Assembly: GCF_000196355.1 (NCBI RefSeq)
Contig: NC_007614.1
Location: 2,970,001 to 3,002,000 of the forward strand
From: Nitrosospira multiformis ATCC 25196
Lineage (GTDB): Bacteria; Pseudomonadota; Gammaproteobacteria; Burkholderiales; Nitrosomonadaceae
Length of the DNA: 32,000 nucleotides
Direction: 5' to 3'
Notes under the pieces: generated by a model
What the model was told of the DNA's origin: nothing
Seen by the model: the letters and a program-made list of their open reading frames with translations, nothing else
Databases searched by the model: none
Part shown: positions 9,903-18,935 of the stretch, one piece after another
How positions within the stretch are numbered: position 1 is the stretch's first letter
Layout: each line of letters begins with the position of its first letter
Translations under genes and position numbers: made by a program

Positions 9903-10001
9903 TTATGTCAGACAGGGCAGGAGCCTGCTAATAGTCAGCGTATCTTCCTCGTCATCTACGAGCAGCACCCTGGCCCCTGATAGGGGCAACTTAGTATTCA
10001 T
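9903..10001 (-). pseudogene. N-terminal remnant of a response-regulator receiver domain
   Basis: Reverse strand ORF MNTKLPLSGARVLLVDDEEDTLTISRLLPCLT* contains the receiver beta-1/acidic pocket motif RVLLVDDEEDT then stops. Confidence 0.65.
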
Positions 10002-10290
10002 TATGCCCCCGATTATGTAAGTGCCCCCCCTGGACCCCTTTCTAAGTTACCTGTTGAGTTAAAGAAGCAACTGTTCACTTCCCCACATGCCAGAGACGGG
10101 ATAGGATGCGCGTGAAAAATTGCCCTGTCCTCGTTGCCATGCTCCCAGTGCCATAAAACAACTGTCCCGCGCTGTCATGCATTACTGCGCGTACCGGGCC
10201 CCTGGTCGCTCCCGATTCGGGCCTGTCGATGATACTTACATGAAATGAAAGCAAATCGTTTTTCCCTCTTCCAATCAATCCTTTAAGCCC

Positions 10291-10305
10291 TGGCACGTTT
10301 CATGC
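10291..10305 (+). promoter_or_regulatory. Sigma-54 (RpoN) -24/-12 promoter upstream of PEP-CTERM gene
   Basis: TGGCACGTTTCATGC: GG and GC elements at the spacing of the TGGCACG-N4-TTGC consensus, about 70 bp upstream of the ATG at 10374. Confidence 0.7.
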
Positions 10306-10373
10306 TTTTTATTGGCACAACCACACTTCCTGTGGTTTGACGTAAAAAATATCAATCAATACAAGAGGGAAAC

Positions 10374-11087
10374 ATGAATAAACTTATCGCAGGGGCGCTG
10401 ACGGGTGCTGCACTGATGACAATACCGTTAGCGGCTTCCGCACTCGTCATCGACATCAATACGTATCTCACCGGCAATCCCGCTGGCAGCGATGTCACCG
10501 TTGCCACGCTGACACTTACCCAGAACGGGAACAGCGTGGATTTCAAATTCGAGAACTTCGTGAGCAATCTCGGTGCAATCGGGGATGACGCGTTTATTTC
10601 CGGCCTGTTGTTCTCCTACGATGGCTCACCTGCACTTGATAGTGATTCGTTTTGGAATTTTGGCGGCACGCAACTGGTGGGCGCCGCTGATTTCGGAATA
10701 AACCCCCCAGGGAAAGATGCAGGTTACGATTTTTACCTGGATCTGGACTATCCCACGAGCGGCAGCAACCTCGCACTCCGGTTTACCGATGGCGAATACA
10801 GCACGTGGACGGTCAGTGCGGCAGACGGTGTGTCAACTGTTCTGGTTAGCGATTTTGCTGTTCTGGTTAACGCGAGTGGCGGGGGCGATAAACCCGCTTC
10901 GCTTGCAATGGTGCATATCCAGCAGGTAGGCGCCGGGCCGGGAGGATCGGGGGCTCTGAAATACGTTGGCAGCGAAGCCAACACTCCCCCGCAGGAGGAC
11001 CCTGGGACAGTCCCGGAACCGGCGACACTTGCATTGCTGGGCCTGGGGATGGCCTCTCTTGCCTGGATGCGTAAACGTAAAAAGTAA
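10374..11087 (+). CDS. PEP-CTERM sorting domain-containing exported protein
   Basis: Signal peptide MNKLIAGALTGAALMTIPLAASA and C-terminal VPEPATLALLGLGMASLAWMRKRKK. Confidence 0.93.
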   Translation: MNKLIAGALTGAALMTIPLAASALVIDINTYLTGNPAGSDVTVATLTLTQNGNSVDFKFENFVSNLGAIGDDAFISGLLFSYDGSPALDSDSFWNFGGTQLVGAADFGINPPGKDAGYDFYLDLDYPTSGSNLALRFTDGEYSTWTVSAADGVSTVLVSDFAVLVNASGGGDKPASLAMVHIQQVGAGPGGSGALKYVGSEANTPPQEDPGTVPEPATLALLGLGMASLAWMRKRKK

Positions 11088-11110
11088 CTTCCCGTTTTTT
11101 TGTATGGCCC

Positions 11111-11144
11111 AAACCAACCCGCTTCAGCGGGTTGGTTTTTTTTT
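11111..11144 (+). terminator. Rho-independent terminator after the PEP-CTERM gene
   Basis: AAACCAACCCGC-TTCA-GCGGGTTGGTTT: 12 bp perfect stem, 4 nt loop, followed by a T run. Confidence 0.93.
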
Positions 11145-11212
11145 GAAAACTGGCTGGCCTGCATCAATATTCCCGAACGCTACCGCTGGAAAGCGTACGA
11201 GTATGAATCGGC

Positions 11213-11241
11213 TTGAATAAAGAACATTTGTTCTCTATAAT
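11213..11241 (+). promoter_or_regulatory. Sigma-70 promoter of the lexA-imuA-imuB-dnaE2 cassette
   Basis: TTGAAT (11213-11218), 17 bp spacer, TATAAT (11236-11241). Confidence 0.8.
11222..11233. promoter_or_regulatory. Putative LexA operator 1
   Basis: Perfect palindrome GAACATTTGTTC type (GAAC-N4-GTTC) inside the -35/-10 spacer. Confidence 0.75.
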
Positions 11242-11243
11242 AA

Positions 11244-11255
11244 GAGCAACTGTTC
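11244..11255. promoter_or_regulatory. Putative LexA operator 2
   Basis: GAGCAACTGTTC (GAGC-N4-GTTC, one mismatch in the left half-site), centred 22 bp from operator 1, just downstream of the -10. Confidence 0.6.
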
Positions 11256-11273
11256 TCAGTTTTACCCTTGGTC

Positions 11274-11906
11274 ATGCAACCGCTCGACATTTCCTCTTAC
11301 CTTGGCAGGCTTCAGGATTACTATGCCAGGGAAAAAATCATTCCCTCCACCACACAGTTATCCACGCTATGGAATGTGAAAGCGCGCTCCTGGACGCATC
11401 AGATCGTTCAGCGTTTAAAAGAAGAAAATTTTCTTGAAAATGCACCCGGCAGCCGTCTTCGCCCCGGATTCCGCTTTTTCGAACGGACGGTGGGGCCCGG
11501 GGTTCGGGCAGGAAGACCCCAGCAGACTGCCGATGTTCAGCCTGAACTGTTGCGCATAGACGATTACCTGATCGAAAAACCTTCTCAGACCATTCTGTTT
11601 CCGGTCAAAGGCGATTCCATGATTGATCTGGGAATACTTGAGGGCGACATCGTGATCATTGAACGCAGCAGTTCGGCGTCGCCTGGCGAAGTGGTACTGG
11701 CGATTGTGGATAGCGAATTCACGCTCAAGGTCCTCGCCAGGGATAAGGAGGGCTACTACCTGGAAGCACGCAATGAAGCACGAGGCAAGGAATATCCGCC
11801 TATCCGGCCTCAGCAGAAACTGGAAATCTACGGATTTTATGTAGGCCTGTTCCGGAAAATCCAGGTTCCAGGACCCCGCCTCCATCGCTCTGGTTTGGAC
11901 CGCTGA
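11274..11906 (+). CDS. lexA: LexA-family repressor / S24 peptidase-like protein, divergent DNA-binding domain
   Basis: Catalytic VKGDSMIDLGILEGD and SEFTLKVL motifs; Ala-Gly dipeptide in ...GVRAGRPQQ as candidate cleavage site; heads an imuA-imuB-dnaE2 cassette. ORF track start (11268) is a TTG; ATG at 11274 preferred. Confidence 0.88.
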   Translation: MQPLDISSYLGRLQDYYAREKIIPSTTQLSTLWNVKARSWTHQIVQRLKEENFLENAPGSRLRPGFRFFERTVGPGVRAGRPQQTADVQPELLRIDDYLIEKPSQTILFPVKGDSMIDLGILEGDIVIIERSSSASPGEVVLAIVDSEFTLKVLARDKEGYYLEARNEARGKEYPPIRPQQKLEIYGFYVGLFRKIQVPGPRLHRSGLDR

Positions 11907-11927
11907 ATCAATGGGGCGCACCTTTCC

Positions 11928-12650
11928 ATGCCCGTTTCTCCATCTCCAGGGTCCCCGGTGCCCTTATCGCTTTCGCAAATCGAAGCCCGCTTCAGGAACA
12001 GGATATGGCGAGGGGATGCATGGGGTGCCGCCGCGGATCCGGTCATTTCCAGCGGTTTTCAGGGACTGGATAAGGAGTTGCCCGGAGGGGGCTGGTCTAC
12101 CCGCAACCTGACGGAACTGCTGTTACCGACAGAGGGGCTGGGGGAAATAAGGCTGTTGAGCTACGCCCTGGAGGAGATGACCCGAAGCGAAAGAAACATT
12201 CTGCTGGTTGCGCCCCCTTATATTCCCTATATGCATGCCTGGGAGCATCTGGGAATCGATGGACGCCATATCGTGATGGTAAGAGTTTACAAGCCTGCCG
12301 AGCGATTATGGGCCCTTGAACAGGGCATCAGGAGTGCCGCCTTTGGGACCATTATCGGTTGGCTACCGGAAGCAAGTCAGCAGGCAATGCGAAAGCTGCA
12401 AATTCTTTCCCGGAGTGCGGCAAGCCTCGTTTTTCTCTTCAGACCGGCGAGAGCACGATTCGAACCCTCCGCAGCCCCGCTGAGGATACTGCTCAGTCCC
12501 GTGCGAGGGCATTCCCACGCGCTTTCCTTGTATCTGTTGAAACGCCGGGGCGCTCCATTCGTCCTGCCTATTCGCATCCCCCTGCCTCAAGCCGCCGTCT
12601 TTTCCCGCTCCGCTGAATTGAAACCCGCTCTCATCCCCTCTTACTGTTGA
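11928..12650 (+). CDS. imuA: Translesion synthesis accessory protein ImuA (SulA/RecA-like)
   Basis: 240 aa; VISSGFQGLDKELPGGGWSTRNLTELLLPTEGLGEIRLL and ERLWALEQGIRSAAFGTIIGWLP motifs; position between lexA and imuB. Confidence 0.88.
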   Translation: MPVSPSPGSPVPLSLSQIEARFRNRIWRGDAWGAAADPVISSGFQGLDKELPGGGWSTRNLTELLLPTEGLGEIRLLSYALEEMTRSERNILLVAPPYIPYMHAWEHLGIDGRHIVMVRVYKPAERLWALEQGIRSAAFGTIIGWLPEASQQAMRKLQILSRSAASLVFLFRPARARFEPSAAPLRILLSPVRGHSHALSLYLLKRRGAPFVLPIRIPLPQAAVFSRSAELKPALIPSYC

Positions 12651-12660
12651 AGTTGAATCC

Positions 12661-14181
12661 ATGCTGTGGATTGCCCTTTACTTTCCCGCTTTATCGCTTG
12701 ACTGGGTTGAACGCCGGTTTCCGGAAGCGCTCATTCCCGCAATCGGAGTAACTGTCCGCAAAGGGAACCAGATCTGTATTCAACAAGCCAATAAGCCGGC
12801 GCAGGCGCGGGGAGTAATGGAGGGTCAGCCTCTCGCCAGTGCTTTGGCTGTTTTCCCGGATCTGGTGATCATGGAACAGGACTCGCATGAAGAAGGAAAA
12901 GCCCTGCAGCAAGCCGTGTATGCCGCATTACGCTTTACACCCAATATAGCGATCCAGAACAGCGGCCTGATTGCCGAGGTCTCCGGAAGCCTGAAATTGT
13001 TTGGCGGCCTGAAAAAGCTCTGCCAGTCGCTCAATCGGGTAGTGACTGCGCAAGGTTTGCAGCTCAGCGCAGGGATTGCGCCCACCGCAACGGGAGCATG
13101 GCTGCTGGCCCGTTCCGCCTCGTCGGGCACTGTCATCAATGGGAAGGGTGAGGAGTTCCGGATATTGCTCGACGCCTTGCCTGTCGGTTTTCTGGAATCG
13201 GCTCAGCCTCATCTTGAAGTCATTCGCGGGATCGGCTGTAAAACACTGGCCGATTTGCAGCGATTGCCTCGCAGCGGAGTAGCGCGTCGCTTTGGTCAGA
13301 ACCTGCCGGCAGAGCTCGATCGCGCCTACGGTGACGCGCCCGATCCACAAAAGTGGTTCGAGGCGCCGGAAGATTTCCAGCAAAAAATGAAAATGATGGG
13401 GCTGATTGAAAATGCCGGATTGCTGCTGGTTCCTGCGCAACGAATGGTCGAGCAGATGTGCGGCTGGCTGGCTTTGCGTCATGCGGCGGTATCCGCCTTT
13501 TCATTCGTGCTGCATCACGAATATTCCCTGCGGCAACCCCACAAATTTACATCCATAAACATACACCTTTCCGAGCAAAGCAGCGATCCGGCGCATTTAA
13601 TGCTGTTGCTGCGCGAGCATCTGGAACGTACAAAAATAGTGGCCCCAGTATGTGAACTGGAACTGACGGCAGATGAAATAGCGGCGGGAGCAGACGGCAA
13701 TCTGGAATTGTTTCCCACCATGCAATCCGAGACTACTTCACTCAATCGCTTCATCGAGAAATTTTCTTCCCGCCTGGGACCGGAAGCCATCACCGGTTTA
13801 AAGGTGGTTTCCGATCATCGCCCTGAATACAGCCAAAGGTTGGAACTCTCAGGGAGGGGTGCCTTGAATCGCTTTTCGAAGCGAGGGAGAAACTCGCAAA
13901 TCATTCCGCCGGAATCGCCCCGTCCAGCCTGGCTGATGGAAATCCCGCTGGAACTGAAGGTGCAACGTGGCCGGCCGGTGTATGAGTCGCCACTGAAACT
14001 GCTTGCAGGGCCGGAGCGAATCGAGGCCGGCTGGTGGAATGATGACGCCATCGCGCGGGATTACTTCATTGCGGAGAACGACCAGGGCCAATTGTTATGG
14101 ATTTACCGCGAACACAATCCGGTAGAAAAAGATAAGGGAAACAAAGACGGAAACTGGTATTTGCAAGGATTGTTTGGATAG
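12661..14181 (+). CDS. imuB: Y-family DNA polymerase-like protein ImuB
   Basis: MLWIALYFPALSLDWVERRFP start, helix-hairpin-helix IRGIGCKTLADLQRLPRSGVARRFG, WWNDDAIARDYFIAENDQGQLLWIYREH C-terminus. Confidence 0.93.
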   Translation: MLWIALYFPALSLDWVERRFPEALIPAIGVTVRKGNQICIQQANKPAQARGVMEGQPLASALAVFPDLVIMEQDSHEEGKALQQAVYAALRFTPNIAIQNSGLIAEVSGSLKLFGGLKKLCQSLNRVVTAQGLQLSAGIAPTATGAWLLARSASSGTVINGKGEEFRILLDALPVGFLESAQPHLEVIRGIGCKTLADLQRLPRSGVARRFGQNLPAELDRAYGDAPDPQKWFEAPEDFQQKMKMMGLIENAGLLLVPAQRMVEQMCGWLALRHAAVSAFSFVLHHEYSLRQPHKFTSINIHLSEQSSDPAHLMLLLREHLERTKIVAPVCELELTADEIAAGADGNLELFPTMQSETTSLNRFIEKFSSRLGPEAITGLKVVSDHRPEYSQRLELSGRGALNRFSKRGRNSQIIPPESPRPAWLMEIPLELKVQRGRPVYESPLKLLAGPERIEAGWWNDDAIARDYFIAENDQGQLLWIYREHNPVEKDKGNKDGNWYLQGLFG

Positions 14182-14186
14182 CTTCC

Positions 14187-17100
14187 ATGCCCTCTTCTGC
14201 TCCGGATTACGCTGAACTTCATTGCTGTTCCACCTTCAACTTCCTCAAAGGCGCTTCCATGCCGGAAGAGCTGGTGGAACGTGCCGCCACCTTGGGTTAC
14301 AGCGCCCTCGCTATCACGGATGAGTGCTCTATGGCGGGAGTGGTGAGAGCGCATGCGGAAGCCAAAAAAACGGGATTGCATCTTCTGATCGGCAGCGAAT
14401 TCGTGCTGGAGGATGGGCTGCGGCTGGTGGGTCTCGCCATGAACCGGGAAGGCTATGGCAATCTGTGCGAACTGATCACGCTGGCAAGGCAGCGTAGCGC
14501 GAAAGGGACTTATCGCATCACTCGCGCGGACTTTGAAAGCTGTACGGATGCACCTCATCTTGCCCGCTTGCCCGATTGCCTGATCCTGCTGATTCCTCGC
14601 CGGAATCAAGCAGACGGTTCCTGGGTCGAGGATATGCGCTGGGTGCGGTCGCTGTTTCCCGGCCGCGGCTGGATCTCTGTCGAACGGCTGCTTCATGCCG
14701 GGGAAGAGGTGTGGTTCGAAAGAATACGCCACGCGGCGGAAACCATTGGCATGCCGCTGGTGGCGGCAGGCGATGTGCATATGCACGATCGTGCCCACAA
14801 GCCCTTGCAGGATACGATGACCGCAATTCGGCTGAGCCAACCGCTAGCGGCATGCGGTTATGCGTTGCAGCCTAATGCAGAACAGCATCTGCGCACCCGA
14901 TTGGAGCTGGCGCAACTCTATCCGCCGGAACTCCTGCAGGAAACCCTTTCCATTGCCGCGCGCTGTACCTTTTCATTAGATGAGCTGCGCTATGAATATC
15001 CTGATGAATTAACGGGAACTGACGAGACTTATACCGACTATCTGCGGCGCATGGTCGAAAACGGCATGAGGTGGCGTTTTCCCAAAGGTGCCTCAATCAA
15101 GGTTAGGAAACAGATCGAGCATGAATTGAAGCTGATTGCTGATCTCAAGTATGAACCTTATTTCCTGACAGTATTCGATATCGTAAGCTTCGCCCGGTCA
15201 CAAGGGATTTTGTGCCAGGGACGCGGATCGGCAGCGAATTCCGCAGTCTGCTATTGCCTGGGTATTACCGAGATCGATCCGGAGCGTAGCAATCTGCTGT
15301 TCGAACGCTTTATTTCCAGGGAACGCAACGAACCTCCCGACATCGACGTCGATTTCGAGCACCAGCGTCGCGGGGAAGTCATTCAGTACATCTACCGGAG
15401 ATACGGCCGTGATCGGGCCGCCATTGCTGCAACTGTCATCACCTATCGCACCCGCTCGGCAGTTCAGGATGTGGGTAAAGCGCTGGGACTCGATATCGAA
15501 CGTATCAGACGCCTATCCACCTCCCTTGCCCGATGGGATAAAAGCTCGGATATCAATAAGCGCCTGGGCGAGAACGGCTTCGATCCCGGCAGTCCGGTAA
15601 TCCGCCAACTGATTCTGCTGACCACTCTCCTGTATGGCTATCCGCGCCATTTGTCCCAGCACGTGGGCGGGTTTGTGCTGACCCGGGACAAACTCTGCCG
15701 CATTGTCCCCATCGAAAATGCCGCCATGCCGAATCGCCGCATCATCCAATGGGATAAGGACGACCTGGCGGAGGTGGGGTTGATGAAAGTCGACGTGCTT
15801 GCGCTCGGAATGCTATCGGCAATACACCGCGCGCTTGATCTGATTTCGAGCCGGCGCGGTGTGCCCTTCCAGATGCAGGATATACCCCCGGAAGACGAAA
15901 AGACTTACGACATGATCTGCAAGGCGGACACGATCGGCGTCTTTCAGATCGAATCCCGTGCGCAAATGTCCATGCTGCCGCGTTTGAGGCCACGGACTTT
16001 CTACGATCTGGTAGTAGAAGTCGCGATCGTCCGGCCCGGCCCGATTCAGGGCGACATGGTGCATCCTTATCTGCGCCGCAGGCAGGATAAGGAAAAGCCC
16101 GATTATCCAGAAGGAGTGGAAACCGCCCTAGCGCGAACCTATGGCGTCCCAATCTTCCAGGAACAGGTAATGCAGGTGGCCATGCTCGCCGCCGGCTTCA
16201 CTTCAGGGGAAGCAGACCAGTTGAGGCGCTCCATGGCTGCCTGGAAGAGAAAAGGAGGCTTGGGTGCCTTCCATGAGAAGCTGATCGATGGGATGACAAA
16301 CCGAGGCTACACACGGGAATTCGCCGAGCGTATCTTCCGGCAGATCGAGGGCTTTGGCGAATACGGGTTTCCGGAATCCCACGCCGCAAGCTTTGCATTG
16401 CTGGTATATGTCTCCGCCTGGCTCAAATGCCACGAGCCTGCCGCTTTCCTTTGCGCCCTGCTGAACAGCCTGCCTATGGGTTTCTATAGCGCCTCGCAAC
16501 TGATTCAGGATGCCGGGCGGCACGGGGTTCAAATCAAGCCGGTGGACGTCACCATCAGCAATTGGGAGTGCATCCTTGAGGAACAGGAGGATAAAGCGCT
16601 TCAGCCGATTGTCCGGCTGGGCCTGAACAGGGTGAAAGGGATGGGACTGGAAGCCGCCACCCGCATTGTTGAAGCAAGAGAAATCGCATCTTTTGAAAAC
16701 CCCGACGACCTGGCAAACCGCGCTTCCTTGAATACCGCTGAAGTTCATGCGCTTGCCCGTGCAGATGCCTTGCGAACCTTGTCGGGACATCGGCGCCAGA
16801 CGTTGTGGTCAGTTGCATCGCATATCACACAGCGGGACCTGATGCGGCATGCTCCGGCGAAGGAAACGTTGCCAGTCATTCCGGCCGCGCCGGAGGGAGA
16901 GGAAATCATCGCCGATTACGCCAGTACCAGACTTACCCTGCGCAGACACCCCCTGGCACTGCTGCGCCCGACGCTGGCAAGCATGAACCTGCGCTCGGCA
17001 ATGGAGTTATCTGATTACCCTACCGGGCGGTTGGTCCGCACCACCGGCATCGTGACCTGCCGACAACGCCCCGGCACCGCCAGCGGCGTCATGTTCGTCA

Positions 17101-17309
17101 CGCTCGAAGACGAAACCGGGATAACGAACGTCGTGCTGTGGAACCAGGTCATCCTGAAGTACCGCCGCGAAACCTTGAACTCGAAGCTTCTGACAGTATA
17201 CGGCGTATGGCAATCCGAAAGCGGCGTCAAACACCTTATCGCCAAACGGCTGGTGGATCATAGCCACCTGCTGGGCAGCCTTGTGGTGGAAAGCAGGGAT
17301 TTTCATTAG
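14187..17309 (+). CDS. dnaE2: Error-prone DNA polymerase DnaE2 (ImuC)
   Basis: 1040 aa; YAELHCCSTFNFLKGASMPEELVERAATLGYSALAITDE PHP domain; CQGRGSAANSAVCYCLGITEIDP; IDVDFEHQRRGEVIQYIYRRYG. Confidence 0.96.
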   Translation: MPSSAPDYAELHCCSTFNFLKGASMPEELVERAATLGYSALAITDECSMAGVVRAHAEAKKTGLHLLIGSEFVLEDGLRLVGLAMNREGYGNLCELITLARQRSAKGTYRITRADFESCTDAPHLARLPDCLILLIPRRNQADGSWVEDMRWVRSLFPGRGWISVERLLHAGEEVWFERIRHAAETIGMPLVAAGDVHMHDRAHKPLQDTMTAIRLSQPLAACGYALQPNAEQHLRTRLELAQLYPPELLQETLSIAARCTFSLDELRYEYPDELTGTDETYTDYLRRMVENGMRWRFPKGASIKVRKQIEHELKLIADLKYEPYFLTVFDIVSFARSQGILCQGRGSAANSAVCYCLGITEIDPERSNLLFERFISRERNEPPDIDVDFEHQRRGEVIQYIYRRYGRDRAAIAATVITYRTRSAVQDVGKALGLDIERIRRLSTSLARWDKSSDINKRLGENGFDPGSPVIRQLILLTTLLYGYPRHLSQHVGGFVLTRDKLCRIVPIENAAMPNRRIIQWDKDDLAEVGLMKVDVLALGMLSAIHRALDLISSRRGVPFQMQDIPPEDEKTYDMICKADTIGVFQIESRAQMSMLPRLRPRTFYDLVVEVAIVRPGPIQGDMVHPYLRRRQDKEKPDYPEGVETALARTYGVPIFQEQVMQVAMLAAGFTSGEADQLRRSMAAWKRKGGLGAFHEKLIDGMTNRGYTREFAERIFRQIEGFGEYGFPESHAASFALLVYVSAWLKCHEPAAFLCALLNSLPMGFYSASQLIQDAGRHGVQIKPVDVTISNWECILEEQEDKALQPIVRLGLNRVKGMGLEAATRIVEAREIASFENPDDLANRASLNTAEVHALARADALRTLSGHRRQTLWSVASHITQRDLMRHAPAKETLPVIPAAPEGEEIIADYASTRLTLRRHPLALLRPTLASMNLRSAMELSDYPTGRLVRTTGIVTCRQRPGTASGVMFVTLEDETGITNVVLWNQVILKYRRETLNSKLLTVYGVWQSESGVKHLIAKRLVDHSHLLGSLVVESRDFH

Positions 17310-17440
17310 GCCTGAATCTTGTGAAGCTTGCGAGCATCAAGGATGGAAATATCTGCAAGAACATGTTGCCAGGATTTGCTATAAATCATGTGCTACATTG
17401 TAGTTGGGTATCTGTTCAAATAATCCGGGAGGGAAGCCTC

Positions 17441-17881
17441 ATGAATATTTTCAGACGTCATCCTTTGTTATTGAGTTGCGGCATCGGCTTCGCCATATTT
17501 TCGGGCGCCCTTGCAGCTCAGGGTTTCGATCAGTTGAAAGATATCACCGGAAGCGGTCTCGGGGGCGCAGCCTCGTCATTGGGACTGTCATCGATAACGT
17601 CCGGGAGCACGGGTAATGCCGCAGGAATTATTGAGTACTGCATGAAAAACAATTATCTGAGTGGCGACAACGCTTCTTCGGTCAGGGATCAGTTGATGGG
17701 AAAGATTACCGGCGGCGGAGATCAACCAGCCCAAAATAATCCCGACTATATCAACGGTGCGCAGGGTATCGTGAGCGGCAGTGCGGGTCAGAACGTGGAT
17801 TTGAGCATGGCGGGCATGAAGGCTTCCGCAGTGAAAAAAGTATGCGAGAAGATACTTGAGCAGGGCAAGTCCATGCTTTGA
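17441..17881 (+). CDS. DUF2501-like secreted protein
   Basis: Signal peptide then ...GSTGNAAGIIEYCMKNNYLSGDNASSVRDQLMGKITG...KKVCEKILEQGKSML, typical of DUF2501. ORF track starts upstream at 17321; ATG at 17441 has the signal peptide. Confidence 0.75.
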   Translation: MNIFRRHPLLLSCGIGFAIFSGALAAQGFDQLKDITGSGLGGAASSLGLSSITSGSTGNAAGIIEYCMKNNYLSGDNASSVRDQLMGKITGGGDQPAQNNPDYINGAQGIVSGSAGQNVDLSMAGMKASAVKKVCEKILEQGKSML

Positions 17882-18432
17882 AAATCTGATCCAGAGGGTT
17901 TCAGCCTCCCATAAAGGCTTTCGCCGCTTCACTCTCTAGTGTCCAGCAGCGCATGCCGGGGGAAGTTGCCCCAGGCAGGCTGCAAGGACGGTGGAAAACG
18001 CCAGATGATGGACAACAAAACTGCTATCGCTCATCCCTTGCTTGCAGACAACTTGGGTACCTGAACTCCCCTCTCCCTGAGAGATCTCGCCTCATTCTCT
18101 TGGTCATGCTCCTGCTCCTGTGCTTGCCTGTGCCAACAGAATCTGCACTACTTCTCGGTCGCTAGTAGCAAACCTCAGACCGGGTAAGACAAAGTGCTTC
18201 CGCTTACCGGTTCGGCTCCTGACCTTCAAGGCAGTTCTAGCTCGCCCCCAACTTATGACATAAAATCATTGGCAAACAACTTGTAAGAAATTTTCAGAAA
18301 AACTATAGTCCGATGGCAACCTCCCAGGAGCGCACGAAGACAACGTCAATGAGTTGCAATAACTCAGCACGCTGCTACCGCTATCTCATTCGCATCGATC
18401 AGCGGCGACCCATTTTTATTTGAGGAATGGCA

Positions 18433-18624
18433 ATGGATCATATAAGGAATGAAGAACAGTCTCTTGAAAATGTCGGTACGCTTTTATCCAGCGAATCCAT
18501 TCTCGGCGAACCCGAACCCTGGGAAAGCTGGGAAACCCAACTGTGTTTGTGGAGCATAGGGATCGGTATCGCCGGACTTGTCATCCTGGGTGTACTGGTC
18601 GACTTGTTCCTGCTACCCAAATAA
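18433..18624 (+). CDS. Small single-pass membrane protein
   Basis: MDHIRNEEQSLENVG...WETQLCLWSIGIGIAGLVILGVLVDLFLLPK; one TM helix; immediately upstream of two co-directional genes. Confidence 0.6.
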   Translation: MDHIRNEEQSLENVGTLLSSESILGEPEPWESWETQLCLWSIGIGIAGLVILGVLVDLFLLPK

Positions 18625-18629
18625 GACGG

Positions 18630-18908
18630 ATGCAAGCCGATCTCGAAGTTCGGTTGACACACGACGGTCATCGATGGATAGCGCACCACTCCAGCTTTGA
18701 GGCGTGCGGAAAGACTTTGCTCGAACTGGACGAAGACGTGACGAGATGCCTGCTGGATCGGCAATTATTCCAGCAGAATAATCAGGTCATGGTCTTCATG
18801 GCTTTTGACTACACCTGCATTCCAACCTGGATTCGGCAATATGCCTACCACTATTTCAATCGCTACATCCGGTTGGATCTGAAATCACCCGTGCAAAAAG
18901 TGCAATAA
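18630..18908 (+). CDS. Small conserved-looking soluble protein, possible DUF5395-like
   Basis: ORF beginning MQADLEVRLTHDGHRWIAHHSSFEACGKTLLELDEDVTRCLLD...; 5 nt after the preceding gene, 27 nt before the transporter ORF. Family assignment from memory of context only. Confidence 0.55.
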   Translation: MQADLEVRLTHDGHRWIAHHSSFEACGKTLLELDEDVTRCLLDRQLFQQNNQVMVFMAFDYTCIPTWIRQYAYHYFNRYIRLDLKSPVQKVQ

Positions 18909-18935
18909 CAAGGGCAAACAAGGGGGATAAGCGAA

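Noticed and set aside
10063-10075. GAAGCAACTGTTC resembling LexA operator 2
   Set aside because: Shares AGCAACTGTTC with 11244-11255, but the left half-site does not form GAAC-N4-GTTC and no SOS gene follows; probably chance.
11268-11273. LexA starting at the TTG (11268) as in the ORF track
   Set aside because: An ATG two codons downstream (11274) is a more likely start.
17953-18165. 70 aa plus-strand ORF between the DUF2501-like gene and the YeiH cluster
   Set aside because: Composition looks non-coding (MPGEVAPGRLQGRWKTPDDGQQNCYRSSLACRQLG...) and no motif was recognised.
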